45,233 bases of DNA from Escherichia phage vB_EcoM_SHAK7693: the sequence record OR594180. One strand, given 5' to 3'. The notes beneath the pieces were generated by a model that searched no databases, was not told the origin of the DNA, and was given only the letters and a program-made list of their open reading frames with translations. Both the position numbers and the translations under genes were made by a program. Positions 1 through 8,185 of this stretch are shown here, one piece after another (within the stretch, counting starts at the first letter, position 1; each line of letters opens with the position of its first letter).

Positions 1-1251
1 ATGAGTATTCAGCTATCCGCGCCGCAGGCACTGTTCCTGAATTGTGACAACAAATACAAGGCCTACGTAGGCGGCTTCGGTAGTGGCAAGACGTTTGTCG
101 GCTGCCTTGACCTGCTTACGTTTATGCTCAAGCACCCCGGTACGCGCCTGGGCTACTTCGGCCCGACCTATCCCGCCATCCGTGACATCTTCTACCCAAC
201 ATTCGAGGAAGCGGCTAACCTGCTCGGCCTTGATGTGCTGGTTAAATCCGGAGACAAAGAGGTTGTGGTTACTCGCGGTAAGACGGTGCTCGGAACGGTT
301 ATCTGCCGCTCTATGGATAACCCCGGCTCGATTGTGGGTTTCAAAATCGCCGCAGCATGCGTGGATGAGCTCGATGTATTGAGCCGAGAAAAAGCTGAAC
401 TGGCATGGAACAAAATCGTCGCCCGTATGCGTCTGGTTATCCCTGGTGTAACCAACCACATCTCCGTCACCACGACGCCGGAAGGGTTCAAGTTCGTCTA
501 CGCCAAGTTCAAAGAGAACCCGACACCGAGTTACTCGATGGTGCAGGCTTCCACACACGAGAATGCGCGGTTCCTCCCGCCTGACTACATTAGCTCGCTG
601 ACCGAGACTTACCCCGCGCAGCTGATTAACGCGTATCTTAACGGGGAGTTCGTCAACCTGACATCCGGCAGCGTGTATTACGCCTACGACCGACGTAAGC
701 ATCGCAGCAAAGAGACAATCCAACCGGGCGACACGCTGTACATCGGGCAGGACTTCAACGTTACGAAGAACGCCAGCGCCGTGTATGTGCAACGTAAAGA
801 CGGCTGGCACGCGGTAGCAGAACTGAAAGGCCTGTTCGATACGCCGGATACCGTGCGCGTAATTACAGAGAAGTGGAAGTCGCAGGGCCACCGCATCGTC
901 GTGTACCCCGACGCCAGCGGCAAGAACCGCAAAACCAACTCAGCATCAATCTCCGATATTGCCTTACTACAGCAGGCGGGGTTCGATGTTCGCGCTAAAT
1001 CTGCCAACCCGCCGGTTAAAGACCGTGTTTTAGCGGTGAATACCGCACTGGAAAAAGGTAAGCTGTGGGTTAACGACCACTTATGCCCTGAGATAGCGAA
1101 GACGCTGGAGCAGCAGGCATATGACGATAACGGGGAGCCCTCCAAAGACGGCATCATCGACCATATGGCAGATGCCCTGGGCTATCCTGTAGTTTACGAG
1201 ATGCCGGTGGTTAAACCAGTAATCAACATCCCGGTGACTTTCGCACTTTAA
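1..1251 (+). CDS. terL: terminase large subunit
   Basis: Walker A GGFGSGKT at aa 24-31; 416 aa; immediately upstream of portal gene. Confidence 0.85.
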   Translation: MSIQLSAPQALFLNCDNKYKAYVGGFGSGKTFVGCLDLLTFMLKHPGTRLGYFGPTYPAIRDIFYPTFEEAANLLGLDVLVKSGDKEVVVTRGKTVLGTVICRSMDNPGSIVGFKIAAACVDELDVLSREKAELAWNKIVARMRLVIPGVTNHISVTTTPEGFKFVYAKFKENPTPSYSMVQASTHENARFLPPDYISSLTETYPAQLINAYLNGEFVNLTSGSVYYAYDRRKHRSKETIQPGDTLYIGQDFNVTKNASAVYVQRKDGWHAVAELKGLFDTPDTVRVITEKWKSQGHRIVVYPDASGKNRKTNSASISDIALLQQAGFDVRAKSANPPVKDRVLAVNTALEKGKLWVNDHLCPEIAKTLEQQAYDDNGEPSKDGIIDHMADALGYPVVYEMPVVKPVINIPVTFAL

Positions 1252-1263
1252 GAGGATTATTCA

Positions 1264-2733
1264 ATGTTAACTATGAACGGTCAGAATCAAGGTGTTAAGA
1301 CAAAACACCGGGAATGGCTGCACCACTTCGATAAATGGCAGAAGGTACGTCATGCGCTGGAAGGTGACCTTATTAGCTATCTGCGCAACGTCGGTAAGAA
1401 CGAACCCGACCCGACCTACGCAGCCCAGCGACAGGAAGAATATGAGAACGGCGCTATCTGCTACAACTTCACTAAACGTACCCTGGCCGGGATGGTCGGC
1501 AGTGTCATGCGCAAAGACCCCGAGCAAATTATTCCACCTGAACTGGAGTACCTGTTGCACAATGCCGACGGTTCCGGTGTTGGGCTGTGGCAGCACGCGC
1601 AGGACACGCTGATGGAGATTGACTCGGTTGGCCGTGGCGGGCTGCTGGTGGACGCCCCGGAGACAGCCGCAGCAACGGCAGCAGAGCAGAATGCTGGATT
1701 ATTAAACCCGGTCATCGCATTCTACACCGCAGAGAACATTATCAACTGGCGACTGACCCGCGTTGGTTCAGTTAACCGTGTGACAATGGTAGTGTTGCGT
1801 GAGGTATGGGAATACTCGGAACCTGGCGCAGAGTTCGAAACAAAGTTCGGCGAGCAATACCGCGTCCTTGACCTGATTGACAGCCGCTATCGCCAGCGCA
1901 TTTACCGCTTCGATTCCGAAGGTGGTGCACAGGATGAAGTAATCGAAATATTCCCGGAACTCGGCGAACAGTTACGCGGCAAAATCCCGTTCACGTTTAT
2001 TGGTGCAAGCAATAACGACGCAACCATCGACGATGCACCTTTGCTGCCGTTGGCCGAGCTTAATATTGGACATTTCCGCAACAGCGCGGACAATGAGGAG
2101 TCCAGCTTCGTTGTAGGCCAGCCAACGCTGTTCATCGCCCCGGGCGGGAATATGAGCATGGAGCAGTGGAAAGAAGCCAACCCACACGGGGTACGCATGG
2201 GGTCGCGTTCAGGCCATAACATCGGTGAGGGCGGCAATGCGTTTCTGGTTCAGGCGGGGGAGAACAACCTCGCCAAGCAGAACATGCTGGATAAAGAGAA
2301 TCAGGCCATCCAGATTGGCGCACAGCTTATTACCCCGACGCAGCAAATCACCGCGGAATCGGCGCGCCTGCAACGCGGCGCTGACACGTCTGTTATGGCG
2401 ACAATTGCACGTAACGTAAGCATGGCGTACACCGATGCGTTGCACTGGGTAGCTGCGATGCTTGGATTGCGTGAAGACACAGAGATTGAGTTCAAACTGA
2501 ACATGGAGTTCTTCCTGCAACCGATGACCGCTCAGGACCGCGCTCAGTGGATGGCGGATATTAACGCAGGCCTGTTACCGGCTACCGCCTACTACGCGGC
2601 ATTGCGTAAGGCGGGCGTAACCGACTGGACCGATGAGGACATTCAGAACGCTATCGAAGATGCTCCGCTGCCGTTGGGGGCTGTTACTCAGGTAGCCGGG
2701 GAGATTCCGCAGTCGGCGCAGCAACAGGAGTAG
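1264..2733 (+). CDS. portal protein
   Basis: 489 aa ORF directly after terL, RBS AAGAGG upstream; size and position typical of portal. Confidence 0.7.
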   Translation: MLTMNGQNQGVKTKHREWLHHFDKWQKVRHALEGDLISYLRNVGKNEPDPTYAAQRQEEYENGAICYNFTKRTLAGMVGSVMRKDPEQIIPPELEYLLHNADGSGVGLWQHAQDTLMEIDSVGRGGLLVDAPETAAATAAEQNAGLLNPVIAFYTAENIINWRLTRVGSVNRVTMVVLREVWEYSEPGAEFETKFGEQYRVLDLIDSRYRQRIYRFDSEGGAQDEVIEIFPELGEQLRGKIPFTFIGASNNDATIDDAPLLPLAELNIGHFRNSADNEESSFVVGQPTLFIAPGGNMSMEQWKEANPHGVRMGSRSGHNIGEGGNAFLVQAGENNLAKQNMLDKENQAIQIGAQLITPTQQITAESARLQRGADTSVMATIARNVSMAYTDALHWVAAMLGLREDTEIEFKLNMEFFLQPMTAQDRAQWMADINAGLLPATAYYAALRKAGVTDWTDEDIQNAIEDAPLPLGAVTQVAGEIPQSAQQQE

Positions 2734-2735
2734 AG

Positions 2736-2768
2736 AAAAAGGCCTCTTTCGAGGCCTTAGTTTTATTT
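2736..2768. terminator. bidirectional rho-independent terminator
   Basis: Stem AAGGCCTC-TTTC-GAGGCCTT flanked by A-run upstream and T-run downstream. Confidence 0.55.
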
Positions 2769-3284
2769 AAATCGCGCGGGCATTAACACCATAAAGGCCG
2801 TGTTTGAAAATTGTATTTTGCATCCTTTGGTTTGGTCCTGGAAATCGAAACGAGCAATTTCATTTTTGTATGCCTTAGAAATCTTGTACGCGTCTGCCAA
2901 ATAGCGCAGAGTGAACCCTATACTGTCGACAACACCCGGTGTGATGTGCGCCACGCGTCTCCAGTCAGGAAAGTTTCCTTCTACAACATCTACCGGAAGT
3001 GTACATATAAGCACACGATTATCGTCATAGAAAGATACACTGCCGTTGTCGTGGTTTACCTCTGCGTAGTTAAATTTAGAAGGCTCTCTCCCTTTGATGT
3101 CTATGAGAGTCCCTTTCTCAACGTTGGTCTTCACATTGTCGCAGAACAATCTATGACCGTCCGTAGACACTATCAATCCTTCAGGGTCTATGTAAAAAGC
3201 GTTCAAATAGTAGCGAACATCATTTTTAGCTCTGCATATTTTTGCCCCTACATACGCAGGGAAAGTAATTACTGTAGTAACCAT
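2763..3284 (-). CDS. DnaN-like protein (beta sliding clamp domain II plus C-terminal half of domain III)
   Basis: Motifs DVRYYLN, STDGHRL, GNFPDWRRV, SIGF..YL.D and C-terminal LMPARF match E. coli DnaN residues ~140-366 from memory; own promoter and terminator. Confidence 0.65.
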   Translation of the reverse strand: MVTTVITFPAYVGAKICRAKNDVRYYLNAFYIDPEGLIVSTDGHRLFCDNVKTNVEKGTLIDIKGREPSKFNYAEVNHDNGSVSFYDDNRVLICTLPVDVVEGNFPDWRRVAHITPGVVDSIGFTLRYLADAYKISKAYKNEIARFDFQDQTKGCKIQFSNTAFMVLMPARFK

Positions 3285-3311
3285 TTTGCGTCTCCTGTTT
3301 AAGTTAACTGA

Positions 3312-3340
3312 ATAGTACCCTATTATATTGGTGTCTGCAA
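3312..3340 (-). promoter_or_regulatory. class-A promoter (TTGCAG-N17-TACTATTCA) for DnaN-like gene
   Basis: Conserved element shared with five other loci; correct spacing to ATG at 3284. Confidence 0.5.
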
Positions 3341-3384
3341 ATATTATTTTTATACGTTACACTGGCGGTACTATAGGAGGGCAT

Positions 3385-4428
3385 ATGAGCTTACTTACAT
3401 CTCTAATCAGTCACCAGATATGGCTGCAACGCGCCGCATCCGGTGAAGTGAAAGACCTTACGCCGTTTATTCAGGAGATGCGGGACGAAATCAAACGGCA
3501 GGTGCTGTTATTCGGCGATGACGGGCGAAGCACCGCGCGACTGAATAAATTGTTACGTGACCTCGAAGAAGCACTAATGGGACTTACAGGCGACTGGCAA
3601 ACAAAGCTGACAGAAGACCTTAAGGAACTGGCGGCGTATGAGGCTGAGTGGAACGTAAAAACGCTGACCGCCAACGTAAACGCGGAATTTGTTACACCTA
3701 CCGCTGAGCAGGTATGGGCCGCCGCCGAGTTTCAACCGCTCTCATTAAGCGACAAGCCGGTTGATTTCACTAAGCTGATGTCAGGTTGGGGTGAAACAGA
3801 AGTTGCGCGCCTGGTAACCGGCGTTAAGATAGGCTTTGTTCAGGGCCAAACCACACGGCAGATTGTTAAGAATGTCGTAGGCGCTGGCGGACTGGCGGAC
3901 ATCTCAGAACGTAATGCAGCTACGGTAATCCGCACTGCGTTGTCTCACGTGTCCAACGAAGCACGCAACGAGACGTACCGCCAGAACGACGACATCATCG
4001 AGAAGTACGAATGGGTGTCCACCCTTGACAGCCGTACCAGTACGATTTGCAGAGCCAGAGACGGAATGACGTGGGAAATTGGTAAAGGTCCGATGCCCCC
4101 GGCTCATTTTGGGTGCAGAAGTACCACAGCACCAGTAATCAGTTCAGAATTCGACTTCCTCGATAAAGGCGCAAAACGTGCGGCTAAGGGCGCAGACGGA
4201 GGTACTCAAGTAAGCGCAGACACAACCTATTACGAGTTCCTCAAACAACAACCGGCGTGGTTTCAGGACCAGGCGCTCGGTCCTGTTCGCGGTAAGATTT
4301 TCCGTAACAGCGGTATATCGCCGGAAGAGTTTCGCGTAATATCTGTAGATGGTTTCGGGAATCCGCTCACGCTTAAGCAGATGGCGGAACTCGATAAACG
4401 TGTTGCTGATTATCTGAAAGGGGAATAA
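3385..4428 (+). CDS. head morphogenesis protein (Mu F / SPP1 gp7-like)
   Basis: Motifs TICRARDG and HFGCRS; RBS GGAGGG before ATG 3385; track ORF start 3328 overlaps promoter. Confidence 0.75.
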   Translation: MSLLTSLISHQIWLQRAASGEVKDLTPFIQEMRDEIKRQVLLFGDDGRSTARLNKLLRDLEEALMGLTGDWQTKLTEDLKELAAYEAEWNVKTLTANVNAEFVTPTAEQVWAAAEFQPLSLSDKPVDFTKLMSGWGETEVARLVTGVKIGFVQGQTTRQIVKNVVGAGGLADISERNAATVIRTALSHVSNEARNETYRQNDDIIEKYEWVSTLDSRTSTICRARDGMTWEIGKGPMPPAHFGCRSTTAPVISSEFDFLDKGAKRAAKGADGGTQVSADTTYYEFLKQQPAWFQDQALGPVRGKIFRNSGISPEEFRVISVDGFGNPLTLKQMAELDKRVADYLKGE

Positions 4429-4889
4429 TGATGGGCTTTTTCAAAGTAACTGATGTACCTGCGCGCCGCGTAGTCCAGTACGCCCGTGTGTCTGGCTCTG
4501 GCGAGAACGTGGTGTTTATTGAAGACGAAAGTGTACTAGGTACACCGGTAGATGATATGCCGTTTGCAGATAAAACCGGTATCGCACTCCCTGCGGCGGG
4601 TATGCTTTACGAGGTTCCATATCTGGCTGACGCTGGAGATGTGTATTTCTCTGTACAACCGCAGGGCGCTGAACTGGCGGACGGAAGTGCGACTATCACT
4701 GTCGAGGTTAAGGCAGGCAAAGCGCCATATGCATTTACCTGGTACAAAGACGGTAAGGAAGTGGTAAACGCCCCGGAAGAGGCTTTGTCTCTGACGGTTA
4801 ACGCGGTCGGCGAATACTTCGTTAAAGTTACCGATGCCGATGGCGTAGAGACGGTTAGCAAGGCGGCGAAGGTTACTAAGCCAGAATGA
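4428..4889 (+). CDS. structural protein with C-terminal Ig-like domain
   Basis: C-terminal segment YAFTWYKDGKEV...GEYFVKVTDADG resembles I-set/Big Ig-like fold. Confidence 0.5.
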   Translation: MMGFFKVTDVPARRVVQYARVSGSGENVVFIEDESVLGTPVDDMPFADKTGIALPAAGMLYEVPYLADAGDVYFSVQPQGAELADGSATITVEVKAGKAPYAFTWYKDGKEVVNAPEEALSLTVNAVGEYFVKVTDADGVETVSKAAKVTKPE

Positions 4890-4890
4890 T

Positions 4891-4920
4891 AAAAGGCCCC
4901 GTAAGGGGCCTTAGTTTTAG
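4891..4920. terminator. bidirectional rho-independent terminator
   Basis: AAAAGGCCCC-GTAA-GGGGCCTT then T-rich run. Confidence 0.55.
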
Positions 4921-5108
4921 TTAAGGTACGCGGCTCGCCCCGCCATATAACCAGCAAGATACATTTTAAACCACTCGTTACATTCTCCATTCTCGTAATA
5001 CGCCCCAATCTTCCACATTTCTTTTGCTTCGCGGTCAAAGCGGAAACGACCTTTACAGTTCTTCTCGAATGATTCCATGATTTCGTACCATTCTTTGGAA
5101 TATAACAT
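4917..5108 (-). CDS. hypothetical small protein (63 aa), antisense moron
   Basis: RBS AGGAGG before ATG 5108; own class-A promoter; shares terminator at 4891-4920. Confidence 0.5.
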   Translation of the reverse strand: MLYSKEWYEIMESFEKNCKGRFRFDREAKEMWKIGAYYENGECNEWFKMYLAGYMAGRAAYLN

Positions 5109-5134
5109 TTTTACCTCCTGTTTAATTTAACTGA

Positions 5135-5164
5135 ATAGTACCCTATTATGTTGGTGTCTGTAAA
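5135..5164 (-). promoter_or_regulatory. class-A promoter (TTTACA-N18-TACTATTCA)
   Basis: Near-identical to element at 3312-3340. Confidence 0.5.
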
Positions 5165-5215
5165 CTATTTATTTACGTATCCCAGTTATTCCACCGAATT
5201 GTAAATGTTGGAATA

Positions 5216-5258
5216 AACTATTCGAATAGTTGACTTTTCACTGAAAATGTGCTAAGCT
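5216..5258 (+). promoter_or_regulatory. sigma70-like promoter (TTGACT-N17-TAAGCT) overlapped by perfect 16-bp palindrome AACTATTCGAATAGTT
   Basis: Palindrome 5216-5231 is a dyad of the ACTATTC half-site found in class-A/B promoters. Confidence 0.45.
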
Positions 5259-5435
5259 CCACCTGAGCTTGTGAAGTATGAACAAGCGACCGCGGCGCGG
5301 GCGGGTAACGGAGCGGGACGTAAGTCCTGAGTGTAGTTACGCTGACGCGTTCGGAAGGGCCATACTCTATTGCTTGTGTAAAAAGTAACTGGTTTACTGA
5401 GATTACGCCGTTTCTATGTTTAAATGATAAGGACT

Positions 5436-5467
5436 AGCGCCCCGCTTTAAGGCGGGGCTTTACTTAT
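5436..5467 (+). terminator. rho-independent terminator
   Basis: GCCCCGC-TTTAAG-GCGGGGC followed by TTTACTTAT. Confidence 0.5.
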
Positions 5468-5482
5468 CGAGAAAGGAGAAAC

Positions 5483-5869
5483 ATGAATCTTAAAGCAACT
5501 GTCGTAGCGGGAGCATGTTTCATCACGCTGACTTACGCACACGGCATCTACCAGTATCGCAGCGGCTGGAACGAAGGCCGGGCGAATCTCGTTTCGCAGC
5601 AACAGCAGAAAGCACAGGCTGAGCTGACGAAGAAAACACAACGGCAGCAGCAGGATGAATCAAAGGCCGCCGCCGCTGACAACGAAGGCAAGACGAAATC
5701 AGAGGTGATTACCCGTGAAGTCGTTAAGTACATTAAAACGCCTGGCCGCAGCGTGTGCACTTTCGACGATGCTCGCGTCCTGCTCAAGTCCCACGCCGTT
5801 GCCAACGCCAATTCCATCCCCGGATACGACGATGATGCAGCCGCCGTGCAAACTGGTGCCGCCAAGTAG
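5483..5869 (+). CDS. i-spanin (Rz-like)
   Basis: N-terminal TM helix, long Q/A/K-rich coiled coil; o-spanin ORF embedded in +1 frame. Confidence 0.65.
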   Translation: MNLKATVVAGACFITLTYAHGIYQYRSGWNEGRANLVSQQQQKAQAELTKKTQRQQQDESKAAAADNEGKTKSEVITREVVKYIKTPGRSVCTFDDARVLLKSHAVANANSIPGYDDDAAAVQTGAAK

Positions 5870-5978
5870 CGACGCTGACGAGGATTTAGCTATCGACGTT
5901 CAGAACACCGAATGCGTACGGCAACTGAGGCTGAAAGTGTTCACGTTGCAGGATTACGTGAGGAATATTCTGGAATAG
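5715..5978 (+). CDS. o-spanin (Rz1-like lipoprotein)
   Basis: GTG start with RBS GAGGTG; signal peptide with lipobox LASC; Pro-rich PTPLPTPIPSP; overlaps Rz-like gene. Confidence 0.65.
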   Translation: MKSLSTLKRLAAACALSTMLASCSSPTPLPTPIPSPDTTMMQPPCKLVPPSSDADEDLAIDVQNTECVRQLRLKVFTLQDYVRNILE

Positions 5979-6060
5979 TTGCCTTGCATGTTGGAATAAT
6001 TTATTCTTGACATGTAAATCCGGGAGGCCCGGATTCCAACGTCCAGGGGACATACTGACT

Positions 6061-6762
6061 ATGAATCGTTTTTTACACTATCCGTTCCAGGAAGAAGCTG
6101 GGGCAGAAGATAAATCTGGCGGTGGCGACGCTCCAAAAATGTTCACCGCTGAAGAAGTTCAGGCGATGCTTGAGAAAGAAGTTGCCGGACTTAAGGCCAA
6201 TCAGGAAGCATTGCTGGCGGAGAAGAAAGAAGCCGCCCGTAAAGCAAAAGAGGCCGAAGAGGAACGTCAGCGCGCGCACCAGGAGGCGCTAAAAGCCGCC
6301 GGTAAGATGGACGAGTTCGAAAAGACGATTCGTAGCCAGTATGACCCGGTGTTAGCCGAGAAAGATGGTCGAATCACCAAAATGGCTGAGCGCATCCTCG
6401 GCAGCGAACGTAAAGCGGTGTTAGGCTCTTTCGCAGGTGATTTCATCACACCGGAAGCAGTAGACATTCTTGCTCCGTTCGTTAAGACTGAGTTTGAAGG
6501 CGATGACGTGGTTACTAAGTTTGTTGGGCCAGACGGCGGTGTAATCACGACTGACCCTGAACAGTTCCGCAAATACCTGCGCGAACACAAAGCGTTTTCG
6601 CATTTGATTAAAGCAAATGCAGCTTCCGGCGGCGGGGCTTCCGGTGGCAAAGGCGGCGGGGCCGCACCAGCGTTTAAAGACATGAGTGAAGCGGAGCGTT
6701 TAGCTCTGTATAAATCGAACCCTGCCGAATTTGAACGGCAACTTAAAGCCCTGAGGAAATAA
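6061..6762 (+). CDS. scaffolding protein
   Basis: Coiled-coil-rich E/K/A protein immediately upstream of major capsid gene. Confidence 0.6.
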   Translation: MNRFLHYPFQEEAGAEDKSGGGDAPKMFTAEEVQAMLEKEVAGLKANQEALLAEKKEAARKAKEAEEERQRAHQEALKAAGKMDEFEKTIRSQYDPVLAEKDGRITKMAERILGSERKAVLGSFAGDFITPEAVDILAPFVKTEFEGDDVVTKFVGPDGGVITTDPEQFRKYLREHKAFSHLIKANAASGGGASGGKGGGAAPAFKDMSEAERLALYKSNPAEFERQLKALRK

Positions 6763-6764
6763 TA

Positions 6765-7814
6765 ATGGCAATTACCACTATCGGCGATATCGTAACTGGC
6801 AACATCCCGGTCCTGGCGTCTTATATGACCGAGGACCCGGTAGAAAAAACCGCGTTCTTCCAGTCCGGTATTCTTACCCCTACTCCGTACGCCGCCGAGA
6901 TTGCCCGCGGCCCGTCCAACGTCGCTAACATTCCTTTCTGGAAAGCGATTGATACTTCTATCGAGCCTAACTACTCGAACGACGTATACCAGGACATCGC
7001 TACCCCGCGTAACGTGCAAACCGGCGAGATGATGGCGCGCGTTGCATACCTGAACGAAGGTTTTGGCCAGGCGGACCTGACTGTCGAACTGACCAGCCAG
7101 AACCCGCTGCAATCCGTAGCGTCCCGTCTGGATAACTTCTGGCAGCGCCAGGCGCAACGCCGTCTGATCGCTACCGCGCTCGGTCTGTACAATGACAACG
7201 TAGCCGCTACCGACGCATACCACGAGCAGAATGACATGGTTGTAGACGTGTCTGCTACTCTGGGCTTCGACGCAGGTGCGTTCATCGACGCCACCCAGAC
7301 TATGGGTGATGCGCTGATGGGCAACGGCGGAGAAGTGCTGGGTGCTATCGCGATGCACAGCTTCGTTTATGCACAGGCCCGTAAGCAGCAGCTTATTGAC
7401 TTCATCAAAGACGCCGACAACGACACACTGTTCGCCACCTACCAGGGTTACCGCGTGATTGTTGACGACAGCATGACCGTAGTCGACACCGGCTCTAGCC
7501 GTAAGTTCATCTCCATTATCTTCGGTAACGGCGCTATCGGTTACGGTGAAGGTTCTCCGTCCAACCCGTTGGAATACGAGCGCGAAGCGTCTCGCGGCAA
7601 CGGCGGTGGGGTAGAAACCCTGTGGACCCGTAAGACCTGGTTGCTGCACCCACTGGGCTACAGCTTTACCAGCGCGGTAATCACTGGCAACGGTACCGAG
7701 ACCGTCGCACGTTCTGCTTCCTGGCAGGACCTGGCGAACGCCTCCAACTGGAACCGCGTTGTTGAGCGTAAGCATGTACCGATTGCCTTCCTGGTAACTG
7801 GTGTCGGTGCTTAA
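6765..7814 (+). CDS. major capsid protein
   Basis: 349 aa after scaffold, followed by strong terminator; HK97-type by size and position. Confidence 0.8.
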   Translation: MAITTIGDIVTGNIPVLASYMTEDPVEKTAFFQSGILTPTPYAAEIARGPSNVANIPFWKAIDTSIEPNYSNDVYQDIATPRNVQTGEMMARVAYLNEGFGQADLTVELTSQNPLQSVASRLDNFWQRQAQRRLIATALGLYNDNVAATDAYHEQNDMVVDVSATLGFDAGAFIDATQTMGDALMGNGGEVLGAIAMHSFVYAQARKQQLIDFIKDADNDTLFATYQGYRVIVDDSMTVVDTGSSRKFISIIFGNGAIGYGEGSPSNPLEYEREASRGNGGGVETLWTRKTWLLHPLGYSFTSAVITGNGTETVARSASWQDLANASNWNRVVERKHVPIAFLVTGVGA

Positions 7815-7830
7815 GGTTAAGCTATAATCG

Positions 7831-7858
7831 AGAGGGACTTCGGTCCCTCTTTTCATTT
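7831..7858 (+). terminator. rho-independent terminator after capsid gene
   Basis: AGAGGGAC-TTCG-GTCCCTCT then TTTTCATTT. Confidence 0.6.
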
Positions 7859-7873
7859 ACTAAGAGGTAAATT

Positions 7874-8173
7874 ATGGCTAAGACTGGAAAAGGCTTGCCG
7901 CGCAGCCTTCAGAATGTCGATTTCGGCGACTTTGATATCCCTGTCGCACCTGCTACTACCAGCGTAGTTGGTGGGGTTAAAAAGTCAGCTACTGTGGATG
8001 CACCTGCGGCCGTTACCGCAGCCGCGGGGGGGCAGTCCGCTGCTGAACCGACTAAAGTCGAGTTCGACGCGCTTGTAGCGGAGTACAACAAACTCCTAAC
8101 CGATGTTACCGCGCTGCGCACTACCGTAGCGAACCTGTTAACCGCGCTTAAAAACGCAGGAACTGTAAGCTAA
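7874..8173 (+). CDS. hypothetical structural protein with C-terminal coiled coil
   Basis: 99 aa, Ala/Val-rich, heptad-like C-terminus. Confidence 0.4.
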   Translation: MAKTGKGLPRSLQNVDFGDFDIPVAPATTSVVGGVKKSATVDAPAAVTAAAGGQSAAEPTKVEFDALVAEYNKLLTDVTALRTTVANLLTALKNAGTVS

Positions 8174-8185
8174 AGGAGATTAAAA

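Noticed and set aside
1-1251. Terminase large subunit possibly truncated at the window start
   Set aside because: ORF begins with ATG at position 1 and the Walker A box lies at residues 24-31, consistent with a complete N-terminus; upstream RBS cannot be checked, so a slightly longer gene is not fully excluded.
5260-5436. Possible tRNA in the promoter-to-terminator gap
   Set aside because: No cloverleaf-compatible arrangement and no T-loop GTTCGAATC-like box or matching acceptor stem; kept instead as a candidate structured leader or sRNA.
6267-7856. 529-aa minus-strand ORF overlapping the scaffold and major capsid genes
   Set aside because: Entirely antisense to well-supported head genes; product is low-complexity (Arg/Val/Gly/Ser-rich) with no RBS; typical spurious antisense ORF in GC-balanced coding DNA.
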